Made by a program: the position numbers and the translations under genes. 64,000 bases of DNA. It comes from Allocoleopsis franciscana PCC 7113. Its GTDB lineage: Bacteria; Cyanobacteriota; Cyanobacteriia; Cyanobacteriales; Coleofasciculaceae. The number at the start of each line of letters is the position of its first letter. The stretch's first letter is position 1. Positions 30,252 to 40,121 of the stretch are shown one piece after another. The stretch lies in the NCBI RefSeq assembly GCF_000317515.1, contig NC_019738.1:1617623-1681622 (forward strand), in the 5' to 3' direction. The notes under the pieces are model-generated. The model was given only the letters and a program-made list of their open reading frames with translations, did no database searches and was not told the origin of the DNA.

Positions 30252-30986
30252 ATGACTGCTACCTCAGAATCTCCCCCTCCCACACCTGAATCTCCTCGTC
30301 CCATCTCTATCTGGCGATTTTGGGCACCTCTTTTATTTCAAACGGCGCTAATTCTTGCCGTGCCAGCTCAAGCTGTTTACACTCAACTCACTGGCAAAAC
30401 CGTTATCCTCCAAACCATACCCGTAGACCCTTATGAACTCTTGCGGGGCTACTCCCAGACATTGAGATATGACATTTCGATTCAGGATAATTTACGTAAG
30501 CTTCCGGGTTGGCGGAAATTGCCCAAAAACCTGGCTAATGGGAAGGATCTCGCCTTTATCCAGCCCGGTACTTACGTCTATGTAATTTTGCAAGCCCCAA
30601 AACCACCCGCAACCCCGGCTTCAACTCAACTACCAAAAGCTTGGAAGCCGATAGCCATCAGCCACGTTAGCCCTTCCCAACTTCCTGCGAATCAAGTGGC
30701 TCTCAAAGGATTGGCTAAACATGGCTTTGTCGAGTACGGACTGGAAACTTACTACATCCCTGAAGACCAACGGGAGCAAATTAACGCCGATTTACGTGCA
30801 GCTCGTTCAGACAACCCGAACGAGTCACCTCAAATTTTACAGCCAGTGGAGCCAAGTCAGCGATCACTCAAACCGCCCATTGTGATGGAAATTAAGGTTA
30901 GTGCCCAAGGTGACAGTGTCCCCGTTAGCCTTTGGGCACGGGTGAGGCAAGGCTCCAAACAGTGGGTTCGCAACTATCGTTTCTGA
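30252..30986 (+). CDS. GDYXXLXY-domain membrane-anchored protein
   Basis: 244 aa, with an N-terminal transmembrane helix and the motif VDPYELLRGYSQTLRYDI. Confidence 0.5.
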   Translation: MTATSESPPPTPESPRPISIWRFWAPLLFQTALILAVPAQAVYTQLTGKTVILQTIPVDPYELLRGYSQTLRYDISIQDNLRKLPGWRKLPKNLANGKDLAFIQPGTYVYVILQAPKPPATPASTQLPKAWKPIAISHVSPSQLPANQVALKGLAKHGFVEYGLETYYIPEDQREQINADLRAARSDNPNESPQILQPVEPSQRSLKPPIVMEIKVSAQGDSVPVSLWARVRQGSKQWVRNYRF

Positions 30987-31198
30987 GGACTGGAGACTGG
31001 AAGAAGAGTTTAGGACTTACGCCAAGCCTCGAGCTGTACGGTGTATTAACGTAGCGCACCTGACCGCTATAGATGGTGTCGTTGGGTAAGTCCTGATTGG
31101 AAAGTTGAATGTTGGCAGGGAAAGGAGGTTGATGCGTTCAAACCTACCCCTACGGGGAACGCTCTCGCGTTCAACCTTCAATCCAATCCCCACATCTA

Positions 31199-31435
31199 TC
31201 ACGGACGCTTCACTTGGAAAGCGGCACCAACCGCCGCGCCAGCGCCTGCTAATAAGCCAACACTCATGCCTTGAATGGTTTTGGTTACTGGGTCTTGGGT
31301 TAGGCACTCGCTCGTCAGATGCTCAGCTTGCAAGCACTGATTAGTAGAGGCCCAGCTCGCCGTTCCTCCAAGAATGACGCCTGCTACACTACAGGCTGCA
31401 ATCAGAATCAGGAAGCGCTTATTTTTTATACCCAT
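31199..31435 (-). CDS. Small hypothetical protein (78 aa) with a signal peptide, Gly/Ala-rich
   Basis: It has an N-terminal signal peptide (LILIAACSVAGVILGG) and lies 96 bp downstream of sppA on the same strand. Confidence 0.3.
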   Translation of the reverse strand: MGIKNKRFLILIAACSVAGVILGGTASWASTNQCLQAEHLTSECLTQDPVTKTIQGMSVGLLAGAGAAVGAAFQVKRP

Positions 31436-31531
31436 GGATAGATGTGTAAAGTCTTAGTTGGTGAAATGTCTTCATCTACTTTACTCATCTTCTCGTCAAA
31501 TGTAACCGTATTTTCACTGAATTTTGGTTGA

Positions 31532-33349
31532 CTAATCAATCCGCCAGTTAAAAGGCAGACGCGCATAAATGCTTTTAGGGTCGTTCAGAGCTTGGAAAAT
31601 GACCAAATCTCCTTGTAATTTCATAAATTCTGCCGTTAATGGATCAGAAATTTTCGGGCTTTGGACGCTTACCTTGCCAATCAGTTTCTTCAAAATCCGT
31701 TCTTCCAAGCTCCGAGATTGTGAATACTCTTCCACTTCCCAATCCTCGCCCAGCTTGGCTTGTTGGGCTGCATATTGGATGGCATCCTCAATACCCCCAA
31801 ACTTATCCACCAAACCCAACTGCTTGGCTTCTTGACCCGACCAAACCCGTCCCTGAGCAATTTGTGCCACTTTTTGCTTCGGCAGTTTTCGAGCCTGTGC
31901 TACCTTATCAAGAAATTGATCATAAATCTGATTGACGATTTTTTGCGCGATCGCTAACTCTTGGGGAGTCTTGGGACGGAAGATGGTGCGGCTGTCGGCA
32001 AACTGACTCGTTTTAACCACATCCCAGCTCAAACCATTATCGGTACCGAGCTTTTGGATATTAAACTGCAACCCAAAAACCCCAATCGAACCCGTAATCG
32101 TATTGGGTTCGGCAAAAATATGATCCGCTCCCGTCGCAATCCAGTAGCCACCCGAAGCCGCATAGTCCCCCATGGAGACAATCACCGGCTTTTCTTTACG
32201 GGTTAAAAGAACCTCCCGTTGAATCCTCTCTGAACCGGTGACGCTACCTCCAGGACTATTAATTCGTAACACCACCGCCTTTACGTCTTCATCCTGTCGC
32301 ACTTCACGCAGTCGTTTGGCAAAGGTGTCACCCCCGACTTGCTGCACACCGCCTTGACCATCAACAATTTCACCCTCAGCATAGACAATAGCAATCTTAT
32401 TTTTAGAATTGCGTGGCTGGAAGTCAGGGCTTTGAGCTTTGGTATAAGTGGAGAAGGAAATTTGTCGGAATGATTTATCCTCTTCGTCACTATCGGTGAG
32501 CTTTTTCAAATCAGCGACTATTTCATCGAGGTAGGCAACTCGATCCACCAAGCGACGTTGACGCGCCTCTGATGCTGTAAACTCCCCTTGAGTATTGGCG
32601 ATCGCTTGTAGCTGTTGAGGAGGAATTTTACGGTTTTCCCCAACCGTTGCGAGAAATTCACCCCAAAGTGTACTTAATAAGGTTTGAGTTTGTTGTCGAT
32701 TCTCCGGACTGAGCTTTTTGAGAATAAACGGTTCCACCGCTGATTTAAATTTCCCCACCCGGATCACCTGCACCCCAACGCCATATTTTTCCATCGCCCC
32801 TGTATAAAATATGGGCTGAGAGCTAAAGCCATTGAGTTCCACAGTTCCCATCGGGTTGAGAACAAGGGTATCTGCCACTGAACTCAGGTAATATTCCCGC
32901 TTCTCTAAGTCCACATCGTAGGCAATAATTTTTTTCCCAGCCGCTTTAAAACGCTCCAGCGCTTGGCGAACTTCTTTGAGCGTTGCCAATCCAGTACTCA
33001 TGCCACCCGCGTTGCGACTTCCGTCTAGGTAGATGGCGATAATTCGCTTGTCTTGACGTGCCTTGTCGAGAGTCTCTAAAACTGTGCGTAGGGTCACTGA
33101 TTTGGCCTTTTCGCCCGAAAGTGCTTCCCCAATCACATCGCTAGTGCTGGAAGTCGGTACACTATCGGTAATATTTAAGGATAAATCGAAAACCAGTACG
33201 GATTTATCTTTAACTTCCGGACCCGTATCTTTAACCGCCGCCGCAATCAGTAAAAACAGCAGTCCGCCTGTTCCTAAGCTAAAAAACAAAATCAGACCTG
33301 CAAGGCTACCAATTGTGCTTGCAAAAGTTTGCTTGAGAAATTGATTCAT
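31532..33349 (-). CDS. sppA: Signal peptide peptidase SppA, 67K type (protease IV)
   Basis: 605 aa, with an N-terminal transmembrane helix and two tandem ClpP/crotonase-like S49 domains (catalytic-Ser region DYAASGGYWIA). Confidence 0.85.
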   Translation of the reverse strand: MNQFLKQTFASTIGSLAGLILFFSLGTGGLLFLLIAAAVKDTGPEVKDKSVLVFDLSLNITDSVPTSSTSDVIGEALSGEKAKSVTLRTVLETLDKARQDKRIIAIYLDGSRNAGGMSTGLATLKEVRQALERFKAAGKKIIAYDVDLEKREYYLSSVADTLVLNPMGTVELNGFSSQPIFYTGAMEKYGVGVQVIRVGKFKSAVEPFILKKLSPENRQQTQTLLSTLWGEFLATVGENRKIPPQQLQAIANTQGEFTASEARQRRLVDRVAYLDEIVADLKKLTDSDEEDKSFRQISFSTYTKAQSPDFQPRNSKNKIAIVYAEGEIVDGQGGVQQVGGDTFAKRLREVRQDEDVKAVVLRINSPGGSVTGSERIQREVLLTRKEKPVIVSMGDYAASGGYWIATGADHIFAEPNTITGSIGVFGLQFNIQKLGTDNGLSWDVVKTSQFADSRTIFRPKTPQELAIAQKIVNQIYDQFLDKVAQARKLPKQKVAQIAQGRVWSGQEAKQLGLVDKFGGIEDAIQYAAQQAKLGEDWEVEEYSQSRSLEERILKKLIGKVSVQSPKISDPLTAEFMKLQGDLVIFQALNDPKSIYARLPFNWRID

Positions 33350-33447
33350 TTACGGTGAGGAGTAGGCAGTGGTCAGTGGAACGTAGGGGATGAACAGTTG
33401 GGAGAGCTACCTCAGGGCAGTACCCTTACGCCCTCAGTTTTGAATCA

Positions 33448-33472
33448 AGAACTCGACTTGCAATTCGTAATT
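33448..33472. repeat. Heptamer tandem repeat (AATTCGT) x~2.5
   Basis: The sequence caattcgtaattcgtaattccc lies in the idi-sppA intergenic region. Confidence 0.6.
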
Positions 33473-33496
33473 CGTAATTCCCAACGCTCTATACCT

Positions 33497-34525
33497 TTAT
33501 GCTAGCTTTTGCAAGACGTTAGAGTGCTGGAGCTGAGCTAAAGTAGCGTTACTGGTGCAAAAAAGGACGGTGGTGAGTTCGGCGATTAATAGCTGCACCA
33601 AGGCATCGACGGCTTCGGTTGACTCAGCGGCAGCTTGTAAGAAGGGCCATGCCAAACCGCCAAGATCGGCACCTAATGCGATCGCCTTTGCCACATCTAA
33701 GCCATTCCGCAATCCCCCAGACGCAATTAACGGCAGCTTCGGGGCAATCGCTCGAATATCGACAATGCACTCCGCCGTTGGCAGTCCCCAGTCGGCAAAG
33801 GTTAGTCCCAAGCGGCGCTGTTGTTCGTTTAAGGCTCGCTCACTTTCTACCTTCGCCCAAGATGTGCCACCCGCCCCAGCCACATCAATGGCACTGACTC
33901 CCGCCTCGATTAGCTTTTGCGCCATGGCGGCTGAAATGCCATTTCCTACTTCTTTGACAATCACGGGGACTGGGAGCTTATTACACAAATTGTGAATTTT
34001 GTCAATTAATCCTCTAAAATTAATGTCCCCGTTAGGCTGAATGCACTCTTGTAAAGGATTGAGATGCAAAATTAAGGCATCGGCTTCTAAAAGTTCAACC
34101 ACGCGCAGACACTCATCAAGTCCGTAACTGTAATTCAGTTGAACAGCACCGAGATTCGCTAATAAGAGGATATCAGGAGCTTGCGATCGCACGGCAAAGG
34201 TATCGGCAACCTGGGGATTCTCGACCGCAACCCGTTGGGAACCCACCCCCATCGCCAGCTTATACTGTTGGGCTATCTCAGCCAGACGAAAATTGATCGT
34301 CTTCGCTTGTTGGGTACCACCGGTCATCGAAGAAATCAGCAAGGGAACTCCCAGCGATTTGCCCAAGAAGGTAGTTGTTAGATCAATCTCACTACGGTTC
34401 AGTTCGGGTAAACAACAGTGGGTGAAGCGGTAACGTTCCAATCCATTCGTATTTTTATGAAATTGTACGTCTTCCTCCAGGCAAATCCTGAGGTGGTCTG
34501 CCTTCCGCGTCTGGGTTTCTCTCAT
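33497..34525 (-). CDS. fni: Isopentenyl-diphosphate delta-isomerase, type 2 (FMN-dependent)
   Basis: 342 aa, a TIM-barrel FMN enzyme with SSMTGGT, the GG loop and the AGAGGTSWA motif. Confidence 0.85.
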   Translation of the reverse strand: MRETQTRKADHLRICLEEDVQFHKNTNGLERYRFTHCCLPELNRSEIDLTTTFLGKSLGVPLLISSMTGGTQQAKTINFRLAEIAQQYKLAMGVGSQRVAVENPQVADTFAVRSQAPDILLLANLGAVQLNYSYGLDECLRVVELLEADALILHLNPLQECIQPNGDINFRGLIDKIHNLCNKLPVPVIVKEVGNGISAAMAQKLIEAGVSAIDVAGAGGTSWAKVESERALNEQQRRLGLTFADWGLPTAECIVDIRAIAPKLPLIASGGLRNGLDVAKAIALGADLGGLAWPFLQAAAESTEAVDALVQLLIAELTTVLFCTSNATLAQLQHSNVLQKLA

Positions 34526-34594
34526 AATTCAAAAATTGAACAATCTCGATTGTCCCATCGAGATTGCACCTCATCCCGCTTAATCACTCAAAAC

Positions 34595-35146
34595 TCACCC
34601 ATCAGACTTAGACGCTCTCATTAACTCCACACCATCCCGCCCATCGATATCTTGGAAATACACCTTCACCTGCTCTTCAGAAGCCGTTGATAAATGCTTA
34701 CCGATGAAGTCAGGATGAATGGGTAACTCACGATGACCTCTATCGACCAAAACCAATAACCGAATCACTTGGGGTCTACCGTATTCCGTTACCGCATTTA
34801 GAGCGGCGCGAATCGTCCGTCCTTTATAAATGACATCATCCACAAGAATGACTGTTTTGCCAGACAAATCGCAAGCAATATCGCTTTTTGCAGGTGTTCG
34901 TAGTTCAATCTGATCCAAATCATCTCGATAAAAGGTAATATCTAGCGCGCCTAAAGGCACCGACACCTGCTCTAAAACTTCAATCTGACGCACCAGTAGC
35001 TGAGCGAGAACGACACCCCGGGTGTAAATACCCACCAGTACCAATTGAGACAAATCTCCCGATTGCTCAATGATTTGCGAGGCCAAACGGTTGACCGTGC
35101 GGCGTAGTTCTTCAGCGGAAAGAATATTAACAATTTGAGTAGACAT
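34595..35146 (-). CDS. pyrR: Bifunctional pyrimidine operon regulator / uracil phosphoribosyltransferase PyrR
   Basis: 183 aa, with the PRTase motif [18 protein letters not shown] and a PyrR-type N-terminus. Confidence 0.85.
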   Translation of the reverse strand: MSTQIVNILSAEELRRTVNRLASQIIEQSGDLSQLVLVGIYTRGVVLAQLLVRQIEVLEQVSVPLGALDITFYRDDLDQIELRTPAKSDIACDLSGKTVILVDDVIYKGRTIRAALNAVTEYGRPQVIRLLVLVDRGHRELPIHPDFIGKHLSTASEEQVKVYFQDIDGRDGVELMRASKSDG

Positions 35147-35309
35147 CCTGATGGGTTGATTAATCGCTACCGAAAGGCAAGCTGCATCAGAAAAATTCTA
35201 TCTGTCATCTCTAAGAGAAAGAAATTTTTCCCAGCCCTCACTATATTTATACGCTTGGGAGGTATTCGGCTGTATGAATGGGCGAGTTGCGATCGCTTCC
35301 TACTGCCCT

Positions 35310-36392
35310 TTAAGCAATCGCTGTACGATTACGATGGGGAGAAACGTTCTGTAATGCCCCTAAAGTGGTTGGCCCAGCAATGCCATTGACACTTAATCCT
35401 CTAGATCTCTGAAATTTTCTCACGGCTGCCTCCGTCAACTCCCCATAGTAGCCAGTCACAGGCCCGTTATAAACACCCACAGCTCTCAATCGATTTTGCA
35501 GTTGGCTCACAGCCTGACCCTGGCTACCTCGCCGAAGTATAGTTGTCGAGTTACTGCCAAGATTACCCTGTAATGCCGCCAAGGTCGTTGGGTCAGCAAT
35601 GCCATTCACCCTCAGTCTCCGAGAACGCTGAAAATCTCTGACGGCGGACTCCGTTAACTCACTATAAAATCCAGTGATTGGCCCTTGGTAGAAACCTAAA
35701 GCGCTTAACCGATTTTGCAGTTGAGTGACAGCCGAACCACTGTTACCAAACTGTAGCTGTGTGCCTGTCAGGATGGCACCGATGTCAGAATTACCCCCTA
35801 AAGCTGACAAGGTATTGGAGCCAGCCATCCCATCGATTGATAATCCCTTGGCTTGCTGAAATTTCCTCACCGCTTCCTCGGTTAACCCACCATAGTATCC
35901 CGTCACCGGTCCTTGGTAGAATCCTTGGGCTTTTAAGGTAGTTTGCAACTGGGTGACAGAGGTTCCCCGGCTGCCGCGTCGCAACAAGATATCGATGGGC
36001 AGGCTACTCCTACCGCCAGATGTGCCATATAAAACAGATATGGTGTTGGGTCCTGCAATCCCATCCACAGGTAATCCCTGATCTTGCTGAAATCGTCTAA
36101 CGGCTTCCTGGGTGGTCGATCCGTAGAATCCAGTAATCTGTCCTTTGTAGAAGCCAGCGGCTGTCAATTTTTGCTGAAGAGCCGTGACTTGTGAACCCTG
36201 ATTGCCTGTTTGAAGGGCTAAAGCGCTACTACTGGCAATCCCCAACACCGCTAAGGAGATGGCTATTGCGCCCAAATGTATCCAGGCGGAACTCGGCAGT
36301 TTTTTCCAGTTGAACTGCTCAAAGCACCTGATTTGTGTGCTTTCGAGGCTTTCAGAAGATGCCGCCAAATGTACGTAAGCAAGTGTTTCCAT
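35310..36392 (-). CDS. Secreted protein with four or five peptidoglycan-binding (PG_binding_1) repeats
   Basis: The repeat unit is LQ..L...GFY.G..TG.Y...T..AV..FQ...GL..DG.AG..T. Confidence 0.75.
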   Translation of the reverse strand: METLAYVHLAASSESLESTQIRCFEQFNWKKLPSSAWIHLGAIAISLAVLGIASSSALALQTGNQGSQVTALQQKLTAAGFYKGQITGFYGSTTQEAVRRFQQDQGLPVDGIAGPNTISVLYGTSGGRSSLPIDILLRRGSRGTSVTQLQTTLKAQGFYQGPVTGYYGGLTEEAVRKFQQAKGLSIDGMAGSNTLSALGGNSDIGAILTGTQLQFGNSGSAVTQLQNRLSALGFYQGPITGFYSELTESAVRDFQRSRRLRVNGIADPTTLAALQGNLGSNSTTILRRGSQGQAVSQLQNRLRAVGVYNGPVTGYYGELTEAAVRKFQRSRGLSVNGIAGPTTLGALQNVSPHRNRTAIA

Positions 36393-36440
36393 CGCTTGGC
36401 TACCCGACTTTTACTAATCAATCATCAAAGGGATAATTAA

Positions 36441-37586
36441 TTATTGAAGATTTAGACCCGAAACGGATTGCCCAATCAGGAATAAAGCGGCGATCGCACC
36501 ACCCAACCACATTAAGACACAATACCGTGTCAGTCCTAAGGCTTGGTCAATTTTTTCTCCTGTAATCGGGTAAACCGGGTCACCCAACAGGGGTTTAGAT
36601 TTTGCCACACCCTGATACCAGTTCGTGCCTCCCACTTGAACGCCCAAAATGGCTGCATAAGCGCACTCACTCCAGCCGGAATTAGGGCTGGGGTCTTTAA
36701 TGGCATCACGGAGGCACAGACGCCAGACTTGTTGGGGTTTTCCGGACAGCAGCGCCAGGGTAGTTACGGTTAATCGACAGGGTAACCAGGTGAGGTAGTC
36801 TTCGAGTTTGGCGCTAAACCAACCCAAATCGGTGTAAGGCTCGACACGATAGCCGACCATGGAATCTAGGGTACTGGCGGCTTTGTAAGCAAGAGCCAGG
36901 GGAACACTCCCGACTCCAGGCAAAAAGGCTCCGATAATGCCATAGAACAAGGGCGCTGTTACCCCATCGGTCGCATTTTCCGTCACCGTCTCTAAAATCG
37001 CTCGCAGGATTTCTGGTTCGTCTAGTTTTTCGGTATCTCGACCGACATACTGACTTAATTGAGAACGCGCCTGAATTAATTGCCCAGCGGCTAAGGGTTG
37101 TAATACATCAGCGGCAGCATTTCGTAAACTTCGACCTGCCAAACAAGTGGCAAGTAAAATGCTTTCTACCACAACACCCACCCAGGGATGAATCCAATTT
37201 GCACCTCGAACGATTAGCCAGCCAGCCAGTCCGCTGCCTAGGATGAGTCCAACGGCTAATAGGATGCCAGCGAAACGGCGTTGCCACTGAATAACAGCAG
37301 AATTTTCTTCAGGGATGTTAGTCGAAGCCTCTTGCTCTGTACTAGGAGTTGTATCTTTCCCTTCTTTTGAGGTGACCGGCTCTTGCTCTTGTTTCCGATT
37401 CCATTTTTGGATTACAAACTGAGTGTATTGAGAAATGACCCACCCCATGACTCGCACGGGATGAGGCCAGCCCCAAGGGTCACCTATGATGTAATCCAAA
37501 CTAGCCGCCATCAGTAAAACAGTAGCTGTGGGAAGTGAGTTTGCCGCGATGATGCTGGGCACAGCCGCAAAGCTTTTCGCATCCAT
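36441..37586 (-). CDS. cobD: Cobalamin biosynthesis protein CobD/CbiB (adenosylcobinamide-phosphate synthase)
   Basis: 381 aa, with the N-terminal motif DYIIGDPWGWPHPVRVMGW and a polytopic membrane core. It carries a ~50-aa low-complexity insert (KQEQEPVTSKEGKDTTPSTEQEASTNIPEENS). Confidence 0.8.
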   Translation of the reverse strand: MDAKSFAAVPSIIAANSLPTATVLLMAASLDYIIGDPWGWPHPVRVMGWVISQYTQFVIQKWNRKQEQEPVTSKEGKDTTPSTEQEASTNIPEENSAVIQWQRRFAGILLAVGLILGSGLAGWLIVRGANWIHPWVGVVVESILLATCLAGRSLRNAAADVLQPLAAGQLIQARSQLSQYVGRDTEKLDEPEILRAILETVTENATDGVTAPLFYGIIGAFLPGVGSVPLALAYKAASTLDSMVGYRVEPYTDLGWFSAKLEDYLTWLPCRLTVTTLALLSGKPQQVWRLCLRDAIKDPSPNSGWSECAYAAILGVQVGGTNWYQGVAKSKPLLGDPVYPITGEKIDQALGLTRYCVLMWLGGAIAALFLIGQSVSGLNLQ

Positions 37587-38203
37587 TTATTAAAGTGTTT
37601 TGCACCTGACTACTTTATTAATATAGTTTTCCGTTTTTTACTGAACTAGGATTTTTAAGCAGCAGTGCGTCCACCTCTTCCACTTCAGGCGTTAAAAATG
37701 AGTCTAAAGTTTCAGGAGCTTGTATATCCTTCGTGTACCCTTATCTGTATTCCTGGCGGCTTGCTCATATCTTTAGTTCGTAACACAAACCTTGATTCTT
37801 GAGCAATCGCTGTTCCTTGAGCAGTCAGTCGATACAGCCCTACATCTAGGGAGTCCTATTAAAGGAGGTCACCTATCGCTTGGAATCGTCCTCGTTTATG
37901 GCGAAATCTCTCTCTATCGGTAAGACTCAACGGCTTCTATTCTGGTAAGATTAAACAATCCAAAACTGTAACTTCGGCATTCGGCATAAAGCTCTTCTTG
38001 GAAGAAAGATAAAAGGGTGAACAAATTCCCTCGATGATGAATGGGTTCGTCTCGTGTTTCTTCGAGGTAGCACTCATGTATTTCATCCGCTTCCCCAAAG
38101 TTTGTTGAAAAGCCGTAGAAGCGATCCGGTAATTCTTCTCTAAATTCGGAATCAACGTCCTCATGACAGGCTTTCTACCTTTTTTGAGATTTTTGCCGAA
38201 AAA

Positions 38204-38647
38204 TTAAACAACAAAGCTCGTTTCTTCTCCCCTTGCCGCTTGCCAGCTACGAGCATCATAGTAAAGGTCAGCTAACGTTATGCTGTACAATGCTTCTTTC
38301 AGCTTTTGATGTAATCGATGCCAAAGTGTGAAGGTTACCCAGTCTTCGGCTTGAGCCGCGTCTGGTGTATGTCCACGCAGGGGTTCGATTGTTTCACCCA
38401 CAGCTTCTAAGATTTGACCGAGAGAAATTTGTGCGGGTTGGCGGGCTAATTGATAACCTCCTTGAGCACCGCGAACCGAGTTAACTAAACCGGCACGACG
38501 CATCTCAATCAACAGCTTCTCTAAATAAGGAGCTGGAATGTCTTGTCGCTGTGCGATCGCTTTAACAGATGTTGGTCCAAACCCTTGCTGTAAGCTTAAA
38601 TCTAACAGCGCTTTGACACTATAGTGTCCGCGAGTTGTGAGCTTCAT
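38204..38647 (-). CDS. Rrf2-family transcriptional regulator
   Basis: 147 aa, with the Rrf2 helix-turn-helix (MKLTTRGHYSVKALLDLS...VNSVRGAQGGYQLAR). Confidence 0.8.
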   Translation of the reverse strand: MKLTTRGHYSVKALLDLSLQQGFGPTSVKAIAQRQDIPAPYLEKLLIEMRRAGLVNSVRGAQGGYQLARQPAQISLGQILEAVGETIEPLRGHTPDAAQAEDWVTFTLWHRLHQKLKEALYSITLADLYYDARSWQAARGEETSFVV

Positions 38648-39129
38648 AAAAATTGAAAATTCAGGCAGTACAGTACTTGGTTGAAAACAATCCTAGGCTG
38701 GAGGAATGCCAGAGGACTCAAGGCTAAGATTGCTTTTGTCTTCTTCTTGAGGTCGCTCATGTGAATTGAGCAATTAGTTGTCGGGGTCTCCAGCGAAGGC
38801 TGTACTACCAACCTGACACATTATGTCTGGATCTGTAGGCTTGATTTTGGCTCAAATCGAGGTAGCCGTGAACCGAGATTATTTTTCCTTCTGTGAGACA
38901 TCGCCGATGGAACTAACAGTATCGAGATGTATCAGTTATTCACAAACTCTTGCGGAGGTTTCGCGTCAGTTACAAACCCTGAGTAAACAAATATAGCGAA
39001 CGAACTTGACCTATTTTGTGTAATATAGTTTAAGAAGCTGATACAACACTAAGATTTTGTTATCTTAGTTTCTAGTCAGTCAAGCAAAATCACTGCATAC
39101 CCGTTAATCTCCATAGTTTTACATTCAAG

Positions 39130-39531
39130 TTGATGGCTAAAAAGAAAAAAATGGACCCCTTAGAGGGTGAGGCGCTGATTCTGAAAGTTAAAGAGCTGGG
39201 GAATCTCAGCAAAGAAGAAAAAGCGAGAGCCTGTGGCTACTTCACCGTTACAAAAAACGGGGTAGAGCGAGTCAATATGATGAAATTTCTCAACGCACTC
39301 ATCGATGCGGAGGGAATTGAGTTAGACAGCAAAGCCAATGGCAATGGACGTGGGGGACGTAGCGCTAGTTATCGCATTAGTGTTCAGTCTAACGGTAATT
39401 TACTGATTGGCTCTGCCTATACTAAACAGATGGGTTTACAGCCCGGAGATGAATTTGAAATCACTCTAGGCCGCAAGCATATTCACCTGAAGCAACTTGA
39501 CGCTCTCGAAGAAACGGCTGAGGCGTCTTGA
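39130..39531 (+). CDS. Cyanobacterial AbrB-family regulator (cyAbrB / CalA-like)
   Basis: 133 aa, with the C-terminal AbrB/SpoVT swapped-hairpin domain (LLIGSAYTKQMGLQPGDEFEITLGRKHIHLKQ) and the typical cyAbrB N-terminal region. Confidence 0.85.
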   Translation: MMAKKKKMDPLEGEALILKVKELGNLSKEEKARACGYFTVTKNGVERVNMMKFLNALIDAEGIELDSKANGNGRGGRSASYRISVQSNGNLLIGSAYTKQMGLQPGDEFEITLGRKHIHLKQLDALEETAEAS

Positions 39532-39681
39532 GAATTGGGTCAAAAGTGAAGGATAAAGTCAGAGTTACGGTCTGTTAAACAAAACCCCCTAGGTTCAACC
39601 AGAGCGAGGAACATTTGGTTTTTGAGTAAGGGCAATTGTTATTACTCAAGATTTTCGCCACGCATTTCTCTGACGGCTTAG

Positions 39682-39723
39682 GGGCAAAGCACCTGTGGCA
39701 CAATCAACATCGGTACTTTGCCC
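39682..39723 (+). terminator. Stem-loop (11-bp stem GGGCAAAGyAC with a ~20-nt loop) about 150 bp downstream of cyAbrB; a candidate terminator or sRNA element
   Basis: The sequence is ggggcaaagcac ... gtactttgccc. Confidence 0.3.
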
Positions 39724-40121
39724 AATGTTTTGAATAAAACCTATATCCAGGAGGAGGCAGTTCCCTACGATTCGGTTGAAGGCAGGGGGCGGTATTTGAT
39801 GCGGAGAATTTTTAAGGAAAGACTCTCCGCGTTAACTCTTAACTAAACAAGATTGAGAAGACCCTCAATACTTCCATACCCATCGAAAGCCCATGGCGAA
39901 AATTCGCAGAAACAGGCAGGGTTGTCTGTGGGCGACACACAGTTGTCCGAATACCACTTCCAGAGGTTTTATTCTGGAAGCTAATGGGGTATGGAGTTCA
40001 GTTCTACCCCTTCTTTTTATGGCTTAATTCCCCGTCCCTGGCTGGATAATATTCATAACAATAGCTGCTGTTTATTCATTACACCTGGAAAGAAACACGA
40101 GATAGCAAACCGATTGTTCCT

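Noticed and set aside
37587-37940. Possible cobalamin riboswitch upstream of cobD (and upstream of cobI at 45290..45462)
   Set aside because: No B12-box-like GCCACTG element or the conserved flanking helices was visible on the relevant strand. Without a covariance-model search I cannot support a riboswitch.
37937-38164. 75-aa ORF between cobD and the Rrf2 gene
   Set aside because: It is a short, low-complexity ORF in an intergenic region with no supporting signals.
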